From: Deltaproteobacteria bacterium
GTDB lineage: Bacteria; Myxococcota_A; UBA9160; SMWR01
Direction of reading: 5' to 3'
Assembly: GCA_032128375.1 (NCBI GenBank)
Contig: JAQBGU010000081.1
Span: 1 to 14,404 of the forward strand
Length of the DNA stretch: 14,404 bases
In this document: in pieces, positions 1 through 8,825 of the stretch
How positions within the stretch are numbered: the stretch's first letter is position 1
How the letters are laid out: every line of letters begins with the position of its first letter
Program-made: the position numbers and the translations under genes
The notes under the pieces: model-generated
What the model saw: the letters and a program-made list of their open reading frames with translations, nothing else
The model's database searches: none
What the model was told of the DNA's origin: nothing

Positions 1-99
1 CCGCGCACACGATCTGTCGACCTGCCCGATCTGCTCTTGGAGTGCGCCAAAGACCCGAATTCAAGCCGAGCGCCGATAGAGCGCATTGCCACAAGACCG

Positions 100-1512
100 C
101 TAAGGCTGTGGCGCGAGCGCGCCCGCCCTGCCCTTGTTCTGGCCGCTGGTGGTTCCGTCTTCCACGACCGCTTTGTCATCTCCGACGCCATTTCCCGCGT
201 CACGGCCCCGGTGGTCGTTGCCCGGGTCATAGTCGTATCCCAGCGCCTTCAATCGAGCGCGATCCATCGGCGAGATCCGCTCGAGCACGGCGCGTCTCGC
301 ACTCAATCGGAGGGACAACTCGGCGGCCCGGGTACTGAGCGCAGCGGCGATATCTGGACGCAGCGCGGCCAGGTCGTGAAGCTCCGTGGGATCCGTGCTC
401 AGGTCGAACACCTGCTGCGCGCCATCGCTGCGCCGGATAACGGTCTTCCATGAACCGCGGATGAGCGTCCGATACTCCGTCTCGGTGAGCAACAGCTCCC
501 CCGAGTCGAGTTCAGAAGGCCTGGGCGACGGCGCACCGACCGCTTCGAGGATCAGCCGGTACAGGTCCTCGCTACGCATCGGGGCATCTCCATCGCGTTC
601 GATCGGCGTCGCGACCAACAGCGGCACCTCGAGCACTTCCTGGAACGATGGGTTCCCAAGGTGACCGCCGTTACCAACGATCGCGTGCCGCTCGCCGAGT
701 CGCTCGCCGTGATCCGCGGTAAACACGACGAGCGCGCCCTCGAGCAATCCCTGTTCTTCCAAGCCGTCGAGCAGCGACCCGATCGCCCGGTCGACCTCGC
801 GAACTCCTTGGGAATATGGAATCCGTTCGAACCCGTAGTCGTGAACGTCCATGTAGTGGACATACAGGAAGAAGCGATCGGATTCCCGACGCTCGAGCGC
901 CTCGAAAACCGCCTTGTCGACGAGCTTCCAGTGCCGCGTCGCTGGCGCGTTCGTCAGCGCAATGCGCCCCAAAGCGCCTTCATCGCTCGGGTGCTCACCG
1001 ACTTCCACCCAATCGTCGAAACCGCGGCTGTATCCCGATGGCTCGTACAGAAACTGGTTCGACGCGATGCCGACCGTCCAGTAACCGGCATCGGCCATCG
1101 CGGTCGCGAGCGTGGGTACCGCCGGCGGGATGCAGGAGGCGTCGCTGCCCTGTGTTGCGAATCGCGCGAGTCCGCACCAGGTCTCTCCATTCCAAAAGAG
1201 TGGCCGCGCGAGCGTTCCGAATTCGATGCTCGGCGTGCGTCCCGTGAACAGAGATGCCATCGACATCGAAGTCTGGTGGTACGAGGCCATCATGTTCTGG
1301 AAGACCTGGCCTCGTTCGGCGATTCGATCGATGTTCGGCGTAGCGAGCGGGCTTCCATAGCACGACAGCCGATCGCGCCGAAGCGTATCGACCACGATCA
1401 GAATGACTCTTTGGGGTGTAGTACGACCGGGGGACGTCCCGCATGACAGCAGCATGAGCAGTACACAGCCAATCGCGGCGACACCCAGAACGCCGAGTCT
1501 GTACGGCACCAC
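100..1512 (-). CDS. Sulfatase-like / alkaline-phosphatase-superfamily hydrolase, probable lipoprotein (~470 aa)
   Basis: Motifs VDTLRRD, TPNID, ASLFTG, HYMDVH, TADHGE, VPLL and C-terminal RLKALGY. N-terminal hydrophobic stretch ends in lipobox-like LLSC. Start moved to GTG 1512 (or 1509), just after the helicase stop at 1515; the ORF-track start at 1599 overlaps the helicase. Confidence 0.88.
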   Translation of the reverse strand: MVPYRLGVLGVAAIGCVLLMLLSCGTSPGRTTPQRVILIVVDTLRRDRLSCYGSPLATPNIDRIAERGQVFQNMMASYHQTSMSMASLFTGRTPSIEFGTLARPLFWNGETWCGLARFATQGSDASCIPPAVPTLATAMADAGYWTVGIASNQFLYEPSGYSRGFDDWVEVGEHPSDEGALGRIALTNAPATRHWKLVDKAVFEALERRESDRFFLYVHYMDVHDYGFERIPYSQGVREVDRAIGSLLDGLEEQGLLEGALVVFTADHGERLGERHAIVGNGGHLGNPSFQEVLEVPLLVATPIERDGDAPMRSEDLYRLILEAVGAPSPRPSELDSGELLLTETEYRTLIRGSWKTVIRRSDGAQQVFDLSTDPTELHDLAALRPDIAAALSTRAAELSLRLSARRAVLERISPMDRARLKALGYDYDPGNDHRGRDAGNGVGDDKAVVEDGTTSGQNKGRAGALAPQP

Positions 1513-1514
1513 GC

Positions 1515-4088
1515 TCAGGGGCCGATCCTCCGCACACGCACCAGACGGCCTTCCGGGTTGCGTTGTTGGCTCAAGTCGATCTGACCTTCGATCGCCCACA
1601 AACCATCACCTTCGGGATCGACGAGCGATTGAAACACTCGCCAGGTTCTGGGTCCGGTCGACCGGAGCGTGGTCTTGTGCGACTGGCGCGCGACCGGCGT
1701 GAACAGAACACGCTCGTACTCGGCGAAAAACGGCGCCAACGACCGTTCGAAGCGCCCGGCATCCCACGCATCGTCCGGGTCTTGCAGGCAGCACGCGGCG
1801 GCCCGATCGAAGCGTCCGACGGAAAGTTCCCGCACCAACTCGTGCAGCTCGGAACGCACGCGCGCCGCCAACAACAACGGCTCACTCGCCAGATCGAACT
1901 CACGCTCGCGATCTTCTTTCGGAACCCCTTCTGCGCCGGTCGGCGATACCAGCGTCTCCCAAGCATCGACGAGACTCGAATCCACGCGACCCAGCATGGC
2001 GCGAAAGAACGCCATCAAATCGTAGAGCTCATCGGTCTTCGCAGCCTCCGGGATTGTCTTGACCAGTGTATTCAAGACCTGGCTGAGATAGCGCAACAGC
2101 AACCCTTCGCTGGGCGCGATGGCGTATTCCTTCGTGTAGTCGTCGAAATTCCAGAGATCCTCGAACATCTCACGCGCGATCGACTTGAGCCGGATGTTTT
2201 CATCCCCGACCCACGGGTGTGTCCTTCCGAACAGGCTGAACGCCGCGTAGATGAAGTCGGCATCGGGACGCGGGTGAGTCACTGCATCGAGCTTGGCGAT
2301 TCGCTCTTCGAACGGAACCCGCTGGGCTTTGAGCTTCAACATCAGGTCGCGCTTGAGCTTGCGGATTTGCGCATACAGGATTGCTCGCGGGTCTTCCAGA
2401 ATCGACTCGACCAGCGTCAGAACTTCCATCGAATAGGTGGGCGAGTCCGGGTCGAGAACCGCGATGGCTTCGACCAGGAAAAGCGAGAGCGTTTGGTGCA
2501 GCGAAAAATCGAACTGCAGGTCAGTTGCGAGTCGCAAGCCGGGGCGGCCGTCATCACCGGGACCGACCTCGATGATCCCGCCCCGTTGCAGCGAGCGTGC
2601 GAGCACGGCCGCGCGTTTGCGTAGTCGTGACTTCGATACCGGTCTTTCGTGGCTGCGATCGATCAGGTCGATGAGTGCGCGGTATCCGGTCGCCGATCCG
2701 TCGGCACTGGGCCCGCGTTGCAGCACGCTGACCAGCGTGTGGTGATCAACCTTGAACTGCGACTCGAGCGTCTCCGGAGGCTGATAGATCAGCCTTTGAA
2801 ACGTATCCCGATTCCACGCGACAATGCCACTGGGCGCCTTCTTCTTGGCCGGTTTGCGCTTGCGACCCGATTGCGCCGAGCGCTCCGCCGAGCGCTTGTT
2901 TTCGATCACGTGTTCGGGCGCCTGGCAGACTACGCTGCCGAGCTCATCGAATCCCTTTCGGCCCGCTCGACCCGCGATTTGTTTGAATTCGCGAACGCGC
3001 AGGAGACCCACTTTTTCGCCGTCGAATTTCGACAGCTGCGTGAACAGCACAGTCCGTATCGGGATATTCACGCCAACCCCGAGCGTGTCGGTGCCGCAGA
3101 TCACTTTCAACAGACCTTTTTGCGCCAACTGCTCGACGAGCAGGCGGTACTTGGGAAGCAACCCGGCGTGGTGAATTCCGATCCCGTTGCGCAAGAAGCG
3201 CTTCACGTCTTTCCCGTAGGTCGAATCGAATCGAAACGTTCCCAGCGCCTCATCGATGAGCTTCCGCTCGTCGCGGTTGGTGACCTTTGCGCTCGTCAGA
3301 CCCTGGGCCTGTTCCGCGCATTGTCGCTGAGTGAAGTGGACGACGTAGATCGGATACTGCGAGCGATCGAGCAGCGTCTCGATGGTCTCGTGCAACGCGG
3401 TTTCCCGGTATTCGAAATCCAACGGGACGGGACGATCTTCGGAGTAGACGTTCGAGACTTCTCGTCCCGTCTGCGCGCGCAACCTTTCTTCGATGAATGC
3501 CGTGTTGCCGAGAGTCGCCGACATCATCAAAAAGATCGTCCGGGGCAACAGCAACAACGGGATCTGCCAGGCGACGCCGCGGTCGCGATCTGCGTAGTAG
3601 TGGAACTCGTCGAGCACGACGTAACCGATCGGCGTTGCCGCGCCTTGCCGCAACGCCATGTTCGCCAGGACCTCGGTGGTGCAGCAGATGATCGGTGCAT
3701 CGGGATTGATGCTGGCATCACCCGTCAGCATGCCGACGTTTTCCGCTCCGAAGACTTTGCAAAAATCGAAGAACTTCTCGTTTGCGAGCGCCTTGACGGG
3801 ACAGGTGTAGAACGACCTCTCGCCCTCACAGAGCGCCTTGAAATGCAGGGCCATCGCGACAAGCGATTTGCCCGAACCGGTCGGCGTGCACAGCACAACA
3901 TGTCGGCCAGCCATGATTTCCATCAGGGCGTTCTCCTGATGGGAGTACAGCTCGAGCTCAGTGTCCTTGACCCATTCGATGAAGAGATCGAGGATCTCTC
4001 CGACGTCGCGCGTCCCAGATCTTGGAATCCGCTCGAAGAGCGGTGCGATTGCAGCCGGCGGTTCATCTCGGTCGGTTTCTCGTTTCAC
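1515..4088 (-). CDS. DEAD/DEAH-box (Ski2/HelY-like, SF2) helicase with probable C-terminal DUF3516 domain (857 aa)
   Basis: Motif I PTGSGKS, PVKALANEK, motif II DEFH, motif III MSAT, HHAGLLP, GTDTLGVGVN, motif VI QIAGRAGR. The C-terminal KSIAREM..EGLLLRYLS..VDSSL region matches what I recall of the DUF3516 family. GTG start. Confidence 0.93.
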   Translation of the reverse strand: MKRETDRDEPPAAIAPLFERIPRSGTRDVGEILDLFIEWVKDTELELYSHQENALMEIMAGRHVVLCTPTGSGKSLVAMALHFKALCEGERSFYTCPVKALANEKFFDFCKVFGAENVGMLTGDASINPDAPIICCTTEVLANMALRQGAATPIGYVVLDEFHYYADRDRGVAWQIPLLLLPRTIFLMMSATLGNTAFIEERLRAQTGREVSNVYSEDRPVPLDFEYRETALHETIETLLDRSQYPIYVVHFTQRQCAEQAQGLTSAKVTNRDERKLIDEALGTFRFDSTYGKDVKRFLRNGIGIHHAGLLPKYRLLVEQLAQKGLLKVICGTDTLGVGVNIPIRTVLFTQLSKFDGEKVGLLRVREFKQIAGRAGRKGFDELGSVVCQAPEHVIENKRSAERSAQSGRKRKPAKKKAPSGIVAWNRDTFQRLIYQPPETLESQFKVDHHTLVSVLQRGPSADGSATGYRALIDLIDRSHERPVSKSRLRKRAAVLARSLQRGGIIEVGPGDDGRPGLRLATDLQFDFSLHQTLSLFLVEAIAVLDPDSPTYSMEVLTLVESILEDPRAILYAQIRKLKRDLMLKLKAQRVPFEERIAKLDAVTHPRPDADFIYAAFSLFGRTHPWVGDENIRLKSIAREMFEDLWNFDDYTKEYAIAPSEGLLLRYLSQVLNTLVKTIPEAAKTDELYDLMAFFRAMLGRVDSSLVDAWETLVSPTGAEGVPKEDREREFDLASEPLLLAARVRSELHELVRELSVGRFDRAAACCLQDPDDAWDAGRFERSLAPFFAEYERVLFTPVARQSHKTTLRSTGPRTWRVFQSLVDPEGDGLWAIEGQIDLSQQRNPEGRLVRVRRIGP

Positions 4089-4255
4089 TTTCTGCTGCGC
4101 TCTCTATGTGTCTCTCTGGTTCGCCGGAAGGGCGCTAGCCGTTTTGCACCGAAACCTTGGAAGTTCGCCGGTCCGATCGCTGTGCGAAGATCGGCCGTCG
4201 TTGTTTCGATGCTCGCAGTTGCGCGCCGGGTGCGGCCCCGTCAGGCTCATTGACC

Positions 4256-4990
4256 ATGGGCTTCGAAAGCTTCGATGCGTTTTACCACAGTGACCTGCAA
4301 TCGGTGTATTTGCTGCTGGTGCTTCCGGCGCTCTTCGCCGCCTATTGGTGGGCCGTGGCTCAACCGTTTCACAGTTCGGACACGGCTGCGCTGCGTTTCG
4401 TCAGGCTGTATTCGCTGGTGTTTTGCGTCGAGACGATGATCGACCCGCTCGCGACCGGGCCCATCGTCAAAGTGCTGGGTAGCGGGGGCACAGGGCTCGG
4501 GCTGCTCTTCGTGTTATTGGGAGACTTCCGGGTATTCGTGCTCGTCTTTGGTGTGTGCGCGCCGCGTCGAAGTCTAGCCGGTGTACTCGGGGAGGCCGCA
4601 CTGTGGTCACCGATCGTCGCAGTCAGCGCGTATGTGGTGCATGCGGGTATCGCTTGGGTTGCCGGTGGCGCTCCCGGCCAACTGTTGTGGATGCTTCACG
4701 AGGTGTTCTTCGTCGCGCTCGCTGGTTTCGTCCGCAACGTGGTGATTCCGAGCCGTACCGATGCGGCCGATCCGAACCGCGCCAGACTCGAGCGCGTGAT
4801 GAGCTTCGTGATGCTCTACTACGGGCTCTGGGCCGGCTCGGACCTGTTGATCCTGTGGGGTGGACTCGACGCGGGATGGCTGCTGCGCGTGGTCCCCAAC
4901 CAACTCTACTACTCAGTCTGGATTCCGTTTGTGTACGCGACGTTTTTCAGCGAGCGCGAGGATCGTGCTTCAAGTCCTTCATTGCCGTGA
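4256..4990 (+). CDS. Hypothetical polytopic membrane protein (~7 TM, 244 aa)
   Basis: ATG at 4256 (MGFESFDAF...) within ORF 4157..4990. About seven hydrophobic segments. The 3' end overlaps the convergent cytochrome c gene by 44 bp. Confidence 0.8.
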   Translation: MGFESFDAFYHSDLQSVYLLLVLPALFAAYWWAVAQPFHSSDTAALRFVRLYSLVFCVETMIDPLATGPIVKVLGSGGTGLGLLFVLLGDFRVFVLVFGVCAPRRSLAGVLGEAALWSPIVAVSAYVVHAGIAWVAGGAPGQLLWMLHEVFFVALAGFVRNVVIPSRTDAADPNRARLERVMSFVMLYYGLWAGSDLLILWGGLDAGWLLRVVPNQLYYSVWIPFVYATFFSEREDRASSPSLP

Positions 4991-5852
4991 AGTACGCGAC
5001 GAGCGCGTCGAGCGCGTCGTCGTCGAGGTGCGGGTGTGCGGGCATCGTTGTGTATCGAAACGATTGGGGATTGGAAATGAATGCCTTGATCTGAGCGGTC
5101 GGCCGATACTCGACGATGCTGCGCGGAACATTGAGATCCGGGCCGATCATTCCACCCTCACCGTTGATTGCGTGGCACGCGATGCACTCGACGCGAAAGA
5201 TGCGGAAGCCGGCGCGCGCCGGGGAATTCACCGCAGCCGAGCCCGGAAGGGTGTGCGGGTATTCAGTTTCGAACGCTGCGATTTCGATCGTCGCGAGCTG
5301 ATAGGGCCACGGGTAATGGTGGATGTCGCGCTGGTGGGGCTGATTCCAGACCAGATAGAAGGGTCCGGGGTCGACCTGTCCGCGATCGATGGGTTCCCAA
5401 CCCGGCGCACCGGGCGTGCCCAGATCCGCGTCCGAGAGTGCCAGGTAACCGCCGGGTTCTGCCAGTTTCGCGCCCGAGGCCGGCTTGCTGAAGCCGTCGA
5501 GCGCGCGCAAGAAGAAATTCGAATCCGGGTCTTGCTGCGGCGCGCCTGCAAACCCGAGCGTCAGCACTTCGCGCAGCGGGCACGCCCAGAACGACTTGAA
5601 CTGTCCGTAGTACGGGTCGTCGATCTCGATGCGCTCGATGCTGCACGAAGCCAGCGTCGCCCGGTCGACGACCCGCACGACAGCGCCATCGCGCATGAAC
5701 GCAATCGCACCGGCGCTCGTTTCAGTCTGGGTTTTCGAGTCGGCGTCTGTCGCTGCGCGCGCCGGCACGGTTGCGCCGGCAGTCGCCAGCAACGGCGACA
5801 ACCACCACAACCACAACAACCACAACGCGGCGGTATGCATCGTGCGTTTCAT
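4947..5852 (-). CDS. Exported class I monoheme cytochrome c with a large N-terminal domain (301 aa)
   Basis: Signal peptide MKRTMHTAALWLLWLWWLSPLLA. Heme motif CIACH (5172-5186), GPDL and distal MP ligand motif. ATG 5852 overlaps the CobW stop (ATGA). Confidence 0.88.
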   Translation of the reverse strand: MKRTMHTAALWLLWLWWLSPLLATAGATVPARAATDADSKTQTETSAGAIAFMRDGAVVRVVDRATLASCSIERIEIDDPYYGQFKSFWACPLREVLTLGFAGAPQQDPDSNFFLRALDGFSKPASGAKLAEPGGYLALSDADLGTPGAPGWEPIDRGQVDPGPFYLVWNQPHQRDIHHYPWPYQLATIEIAAFETEYPHTLPGSAAVNSPARAGFRIFRVECIACHAINGEGGMIGPDLNVPRSIVEYRPTAQIKAFISNPQSFRYTTMPAHPHLDDDALDALVAYFTAMKDLKHDPRAR

Positions 5853-6754
5853 CCAGTCCGATGCCTCCGAATGACCACGACCCGACCGAGGAGTCGTAGC
5901 GGAGGCGAAGAGCGTGGCTCTGAGAATTCGATGCGCGCCCCCACCCCCTGCACGAGACGCAGTCCGACGGACGTCTCGACGAAACCCTTGCAACGCAGTG
6001 CACCGAGAGAAACCAGCCGCGCCGCCAATGCCCTCGAATCGATGCCGGGTTCGACCTGCAGCTCCTCGGTGTCGAAATCCTCGTGTCGATGCGCTGTCGG
6101 CGATGCCCCTGCCATCCGGCGGCGCGCGCGCAAGCCGTCTGGGTCCGGTGGAAACAGCAACATCGGATCGATGTCGCCGTGCACGGCGCGAACCAGCGGC
6201 GCATCCGGCTCGATCTCTCGCAGCGTTGCCTCGAGCCTCGGCAGGTCCTCCTCACGGACGAGATCCACCTTGTTCAACACCAGAAGATCTGCCGAAGACA
6301 CCTGCTGCTCGAAGGTTCCGTCGAGGTCGCGGCCGTCTGCGAGTTGTTCGGCGTTCACGACGATCAACGCGACGTCGTCTTCGATCCAACTCGCCACGGG
6401 TTCTCGCCAGAAGTTCATCTGTACATCGAACGGAAGAGCCACACCGGAAGTCTCGACGATCACCCGATCCGGCTTCACGCGCTCGCGAAGCTGCACGAGC
6501 GTATCGACGAGTTCGTTGGACAAGCGGCAGCAGACACAGCCACCCTGGAGTTCGATGTAGTTGCCGCTGTCGCTGTCGCCGTCGGCTGAAAGCAGCGCAC
6601 CATCGATTCCGAGTTCGCCAAACTCGTTGGAAATAACGGCGATTCGAGCGCCCTCGCGCTGCGCGTCGGCGAGCAGGTGGCGGACCAGCGTGGTCTTTCC
6701 GGAGCCGAGGAAGCCGGACACGATCAGTGCGGGTACGCGTTTGCCTTGCTCCAC
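5849..6754 (-). CDS. CobW/COG0523 family G3E P-loop GTPase metallochaperone (~301 aa)
   Basis: GFLGSGKTT, NEFGE, GCVCC metal motif, ETSG, NKVD, and C-terminal CobW_C-like RCKGF...VQGVG. Start uncertain: GTG 6754 (GAGGA upstream, just after the EEP stop) preferred over ATG 6784 or 6829. Confidence 0.92.
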   Translation of the reverse strand: MEQGKRVPALIVSGFLGSGKTTLVRHLLADAQREGARIAVISNEFGELGIDGALLSADGDSDSGNYIELQGGCVCCRLSNELVDTLVQLRERVKPDRVIVETSGVALPFDVQMNFWREPVASWIEDDVALIVVNAEQLADGRDLDGTFEQQVSSADLLVLNKVDLVREEDLPRLEATLREIEPDAPLVRAVHGDIDPMLLFPPDPDGLRARRRMAGASPTAHRHEDFDTEELQVEPGIDSRALAARLVSLGALRCKGFVETSVGLRLVQGVGARIEFSEPRSSPPLRLLGRVVVIRRHRTG

Positions 6755-6761
6755 CGGAGTT

Positions 6762-7688
6762 TCAATCCTCAACGGGACGATCATCGGGCCGCGATCGCGA
6801 CGGGTCGCGCAAAGAGGCACTCGCGTCATCTCCGCCGACCAACCCCCATTGATCTTCGCTTCCAGCGCGTGGTTCTGTTCGCAGCCGGGCTAACACACCG
6901 AAGTGATCCGTCGGACACACGCCATCGTGTTCGTCATTGCACACGACTTCACACGAGACGAACTGGCCTACGCCGTTGCGGTTCGGGAATCCGGCGAAAA
7001 CGTAGTCGATGCGCCGATCCGGCTCGAGGTCTGCCTGGGCGTATCGGTTGTCGTTGGACCAGGTATATCCGGGGCCGCCCGATCCGACGGTCGTCCATGC
7101 GTCGAGTAGAGCCATACTCCGGCCACCGAGTGACTGCAGGCCGGTCACGTAGCGGATCTCTGCCGATTCCGGCGCGGCGTTGAAATCGCCAACGACCAGC
7201 GGCGGAAAGCCAAGTCGCGGACGGCGGCGCAACGCGAGGTCGCACAACGCGACGACCTGTCGCTCGCGCGTCTCGCCGTGTCGCCACTTCCAATGCAGGT
7301 GGGTGCAGGTGAACCCGATCGGGCCATGGGGCGAATCGATCGTTACCGAGAGCGCAGCGCGCTTCTCCGCGTCGCCGGCGTCGGGAAGCCGCAGCGTCTC
7401 GCGATCGATGATCGGCCAGCGGCTCGCGACCGCATTGCCGAATTCCATCGCCCCGACACCCTCGCGTTCGAAGCCGGACGCGCAGACAAAATCGAGGTGA
7501 TAGCCGCGACCGCCCAGAAGTTCGGCGACTTGATCGATTCCCGGGCCACGCAACGCTTCCTGGAATCCGATCAAATCGGGATCCAGGCGATCGATCCACG
7601 CCCGGAGCCTCTTGGCCCGTTCTGCGTACGGGCCGGAATCGTGCCACAGGTTGAGCGACAGCACCGAGAGTGTTTCGGAGGGATGCAT
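6762..7688 (-). CDS. Endonuclease/exonuclease/phosphatase (EEP) family hydrolase (~308 aa)
   Basis: SLNLW, DLIGFQE, GNAVASRWP, THL, GDFNA, RIDYVF and TDH motifs. ATG at 7688 (MHPSETLSVLSLNLWH). Confidence 0.92.
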   Translation of the reverse strand: MHPSETLSVLSLNLWHDSGPYAERAKRLRAWIDRLDPDLIGFQEALRGPGIDQVAELLGGRGYHLDFVCASGFEREGVGAMEFGNAVASRWPIIDRETLRLPDAGDAEKRAALSVTIDSPHGPIGFTCTHLHWKWRHGETRERQVVALCDLALRRRPRLGFPPLVVGDFNAAPESAEIRYVTGLQSLGGRSMALLDAWTTVGSGGPGYTWSNDNRYAQADLEPDRRIDYVFAGFPNRNGVGQFVSCEVVCNDEHDGVCPTDHFGVLARLRTEPRAGSEDQWGLVGGDDASASLRDPSRSRPDDRPVED

Positions 7689-7782
7689 CGATGCAAGCGT
7701 ATCAATCCGCTCGCTGGTACCCCACTCGACCGGCTTCGATCGGCTGCGGCAACCTCTCAGTGGCAAAGCGATCGGGCTGGAC

Positions 7783-8751
7783 TCAGAGTTCCAGATCGGC
7801 CAGCGTTCGGAGCGATGCTTCGACCGCGTCGGCGCCCGCACCTGGCACTTGACCCCGCGCGATCAAATGGGTCATCCCGAGCTTCGATTGGTGTACGCCG
7901 ATCTGCTCAGCAACCTGATCGGGGCTACCCACGATGGCCCACTCGTCTACTGCGCTGCCGGACGCACTTCGCATGCTCGCGAGTTGGGTTTGCGCCAACG
8001 CAGAAGCCTGGCTGGCCAGCCCTTCGCGTACCCGGTCGAGCAGTGCATCATCGCGACTGATGAACACCGTTCGCATGATGGGCACCGCGATCGGCGATCG
8101 GCGGCGCGTGGCGCTCATCGCAGCGCGGTGGCGCGCGTAGTTCTCCTCGAGGCGTGCGAACGATTCGATCGGCGAGGCCAGGTACGGCAGCCCGAGGCGT
8201 CCGACCTGCGCGACCGCTTTGGGGCCGAAGCCCGCCACCCAGATCGGCGGGTGCGGCTTCTGGATCGGTAGCGGCGAAACGCGAATCGCCGGGGAGCGCG
8301 GGTCGTCTTCGTCTTCCCACGCGACCGGCTCGCCGCTCCAGGCCGTGCGCATGACCTCGAGTGCCGCCTCGAAGCGATCGCGTTTTTCGGCCACCGGTAC
8401 GTCATAGACGCGAAACAGCGCCTTTCGAAACCCCCGGCCCACACCCAGAATGACGCGGCCTTGCGAAAGGCGGTCGAGCACCGCCACTTCCTCAGCCACC
8501 GCAATCGGGTTCCGGATCGGCAGCAAATACGAGGTCGTCGCAATTTTCAGGCGCTGCGTGCGAGAAGCAATCGCCGCCAGCTGCAGCAGCGGGGCGGGAA
8601 TCGCGGATTGGCCGGTGAAGTGGCTTTCCGGCAGCCAGAACGAGTGAAAGCCGAGTTGCTCGGCGAACTCTGCCTGCTCGGCCAGCCGGTTCGCGCCGCC
8701 GTCGCCGGGGTCACGCCAGGGAGTTACACCGATTTCGAGGCGGGTCGACAC
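7783..8751 (-). CDS. LLM (luciferase-like) class flavin-dependent oxidoreductase (~322 aa)
   Basis: AEQLGFHSFWLPESHF, AEEVAVLDRLSQGRVILGVGRG, PIQKPHPPIWVAG, IVGSPDQV. Start uncertain (GTG 8751 or TTG 8799). Confidence 0.92.
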   Translation of the reverse strand: MSTRLEIGVTPWRDPGDGGANRLAEQAEFAEQLGFHSFWLPESHFTGQSAIPAPLLQLAAIASRTQRLKIATTSYLLPIRNPIAVAEEVAVLDRLSQGRVILGVGRGFRKALFRVYDVPVAEKRDRFEAALEVMRTAWSGEPVAWEDEDDPRSPAIRVSPLPIQKPHPPIWVAGFGPKAVAQVGRLGLPYLASPIESFARLEENYARHRAAMSATRRRSPIAVPIMRTVFISRDDALLDRVREGLASQASALAQTQLASMRSASGSAVDEWAIVGSPDQVAEQIGVHQSKLGMTHLIARGQVPGAGADAVEASLRTLADLEL

Positions 8752-8811
8752 GGGCCGAGCATATCGGCACGTGCGATCGGGCGCCGACCTCACCTCCAAT
8801 CGAGCGGATTG

Positions 8812-8825
8812 TGTAACATGTTCTA
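8812..8825. promoter_or_regulatory. Putative KstR-type (TetR family) operator TGTAACATGTTCTA
   Basis: Exact match to the KstR consensus TnnAACnnGTTnnA. It lies in the AT-richer divergent intergenic region, 120 bp upstream of the steroid side-chain operon. Confidence 0.65.

Noticed and set aside
1..99. Possible 3' end of a plus-strand gene (e.g. frame 2 AHDLSTCPIC...TAG at 77-79)
   Set aside because: Too short to pick a frame or family at the window edge.
2649..4253. Long antisense/alternate-frame ORFs (this 534-aa one; also 1563..2624, 4860..6560, 12746..14338 and others)
   Set aside because: They are shadows of well-supported genes on the opposite strand in high-GC DNA and have no recognisable motifs.
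4256..4990. Microbial rhodopsin call for the 7-TM protein
   Set aside because: No DxxxK/SxxxK Schiff-base lysine in helix 7 and no RYxDW-type helix 3 motif.
5800..5826. Low-complexity (CAA/CCA)n tract
   Set aside because: It simply encodes the Trp/Leu-rich signal peptide (LWLLWLWWL) of the cytochrome c on the minus strand.
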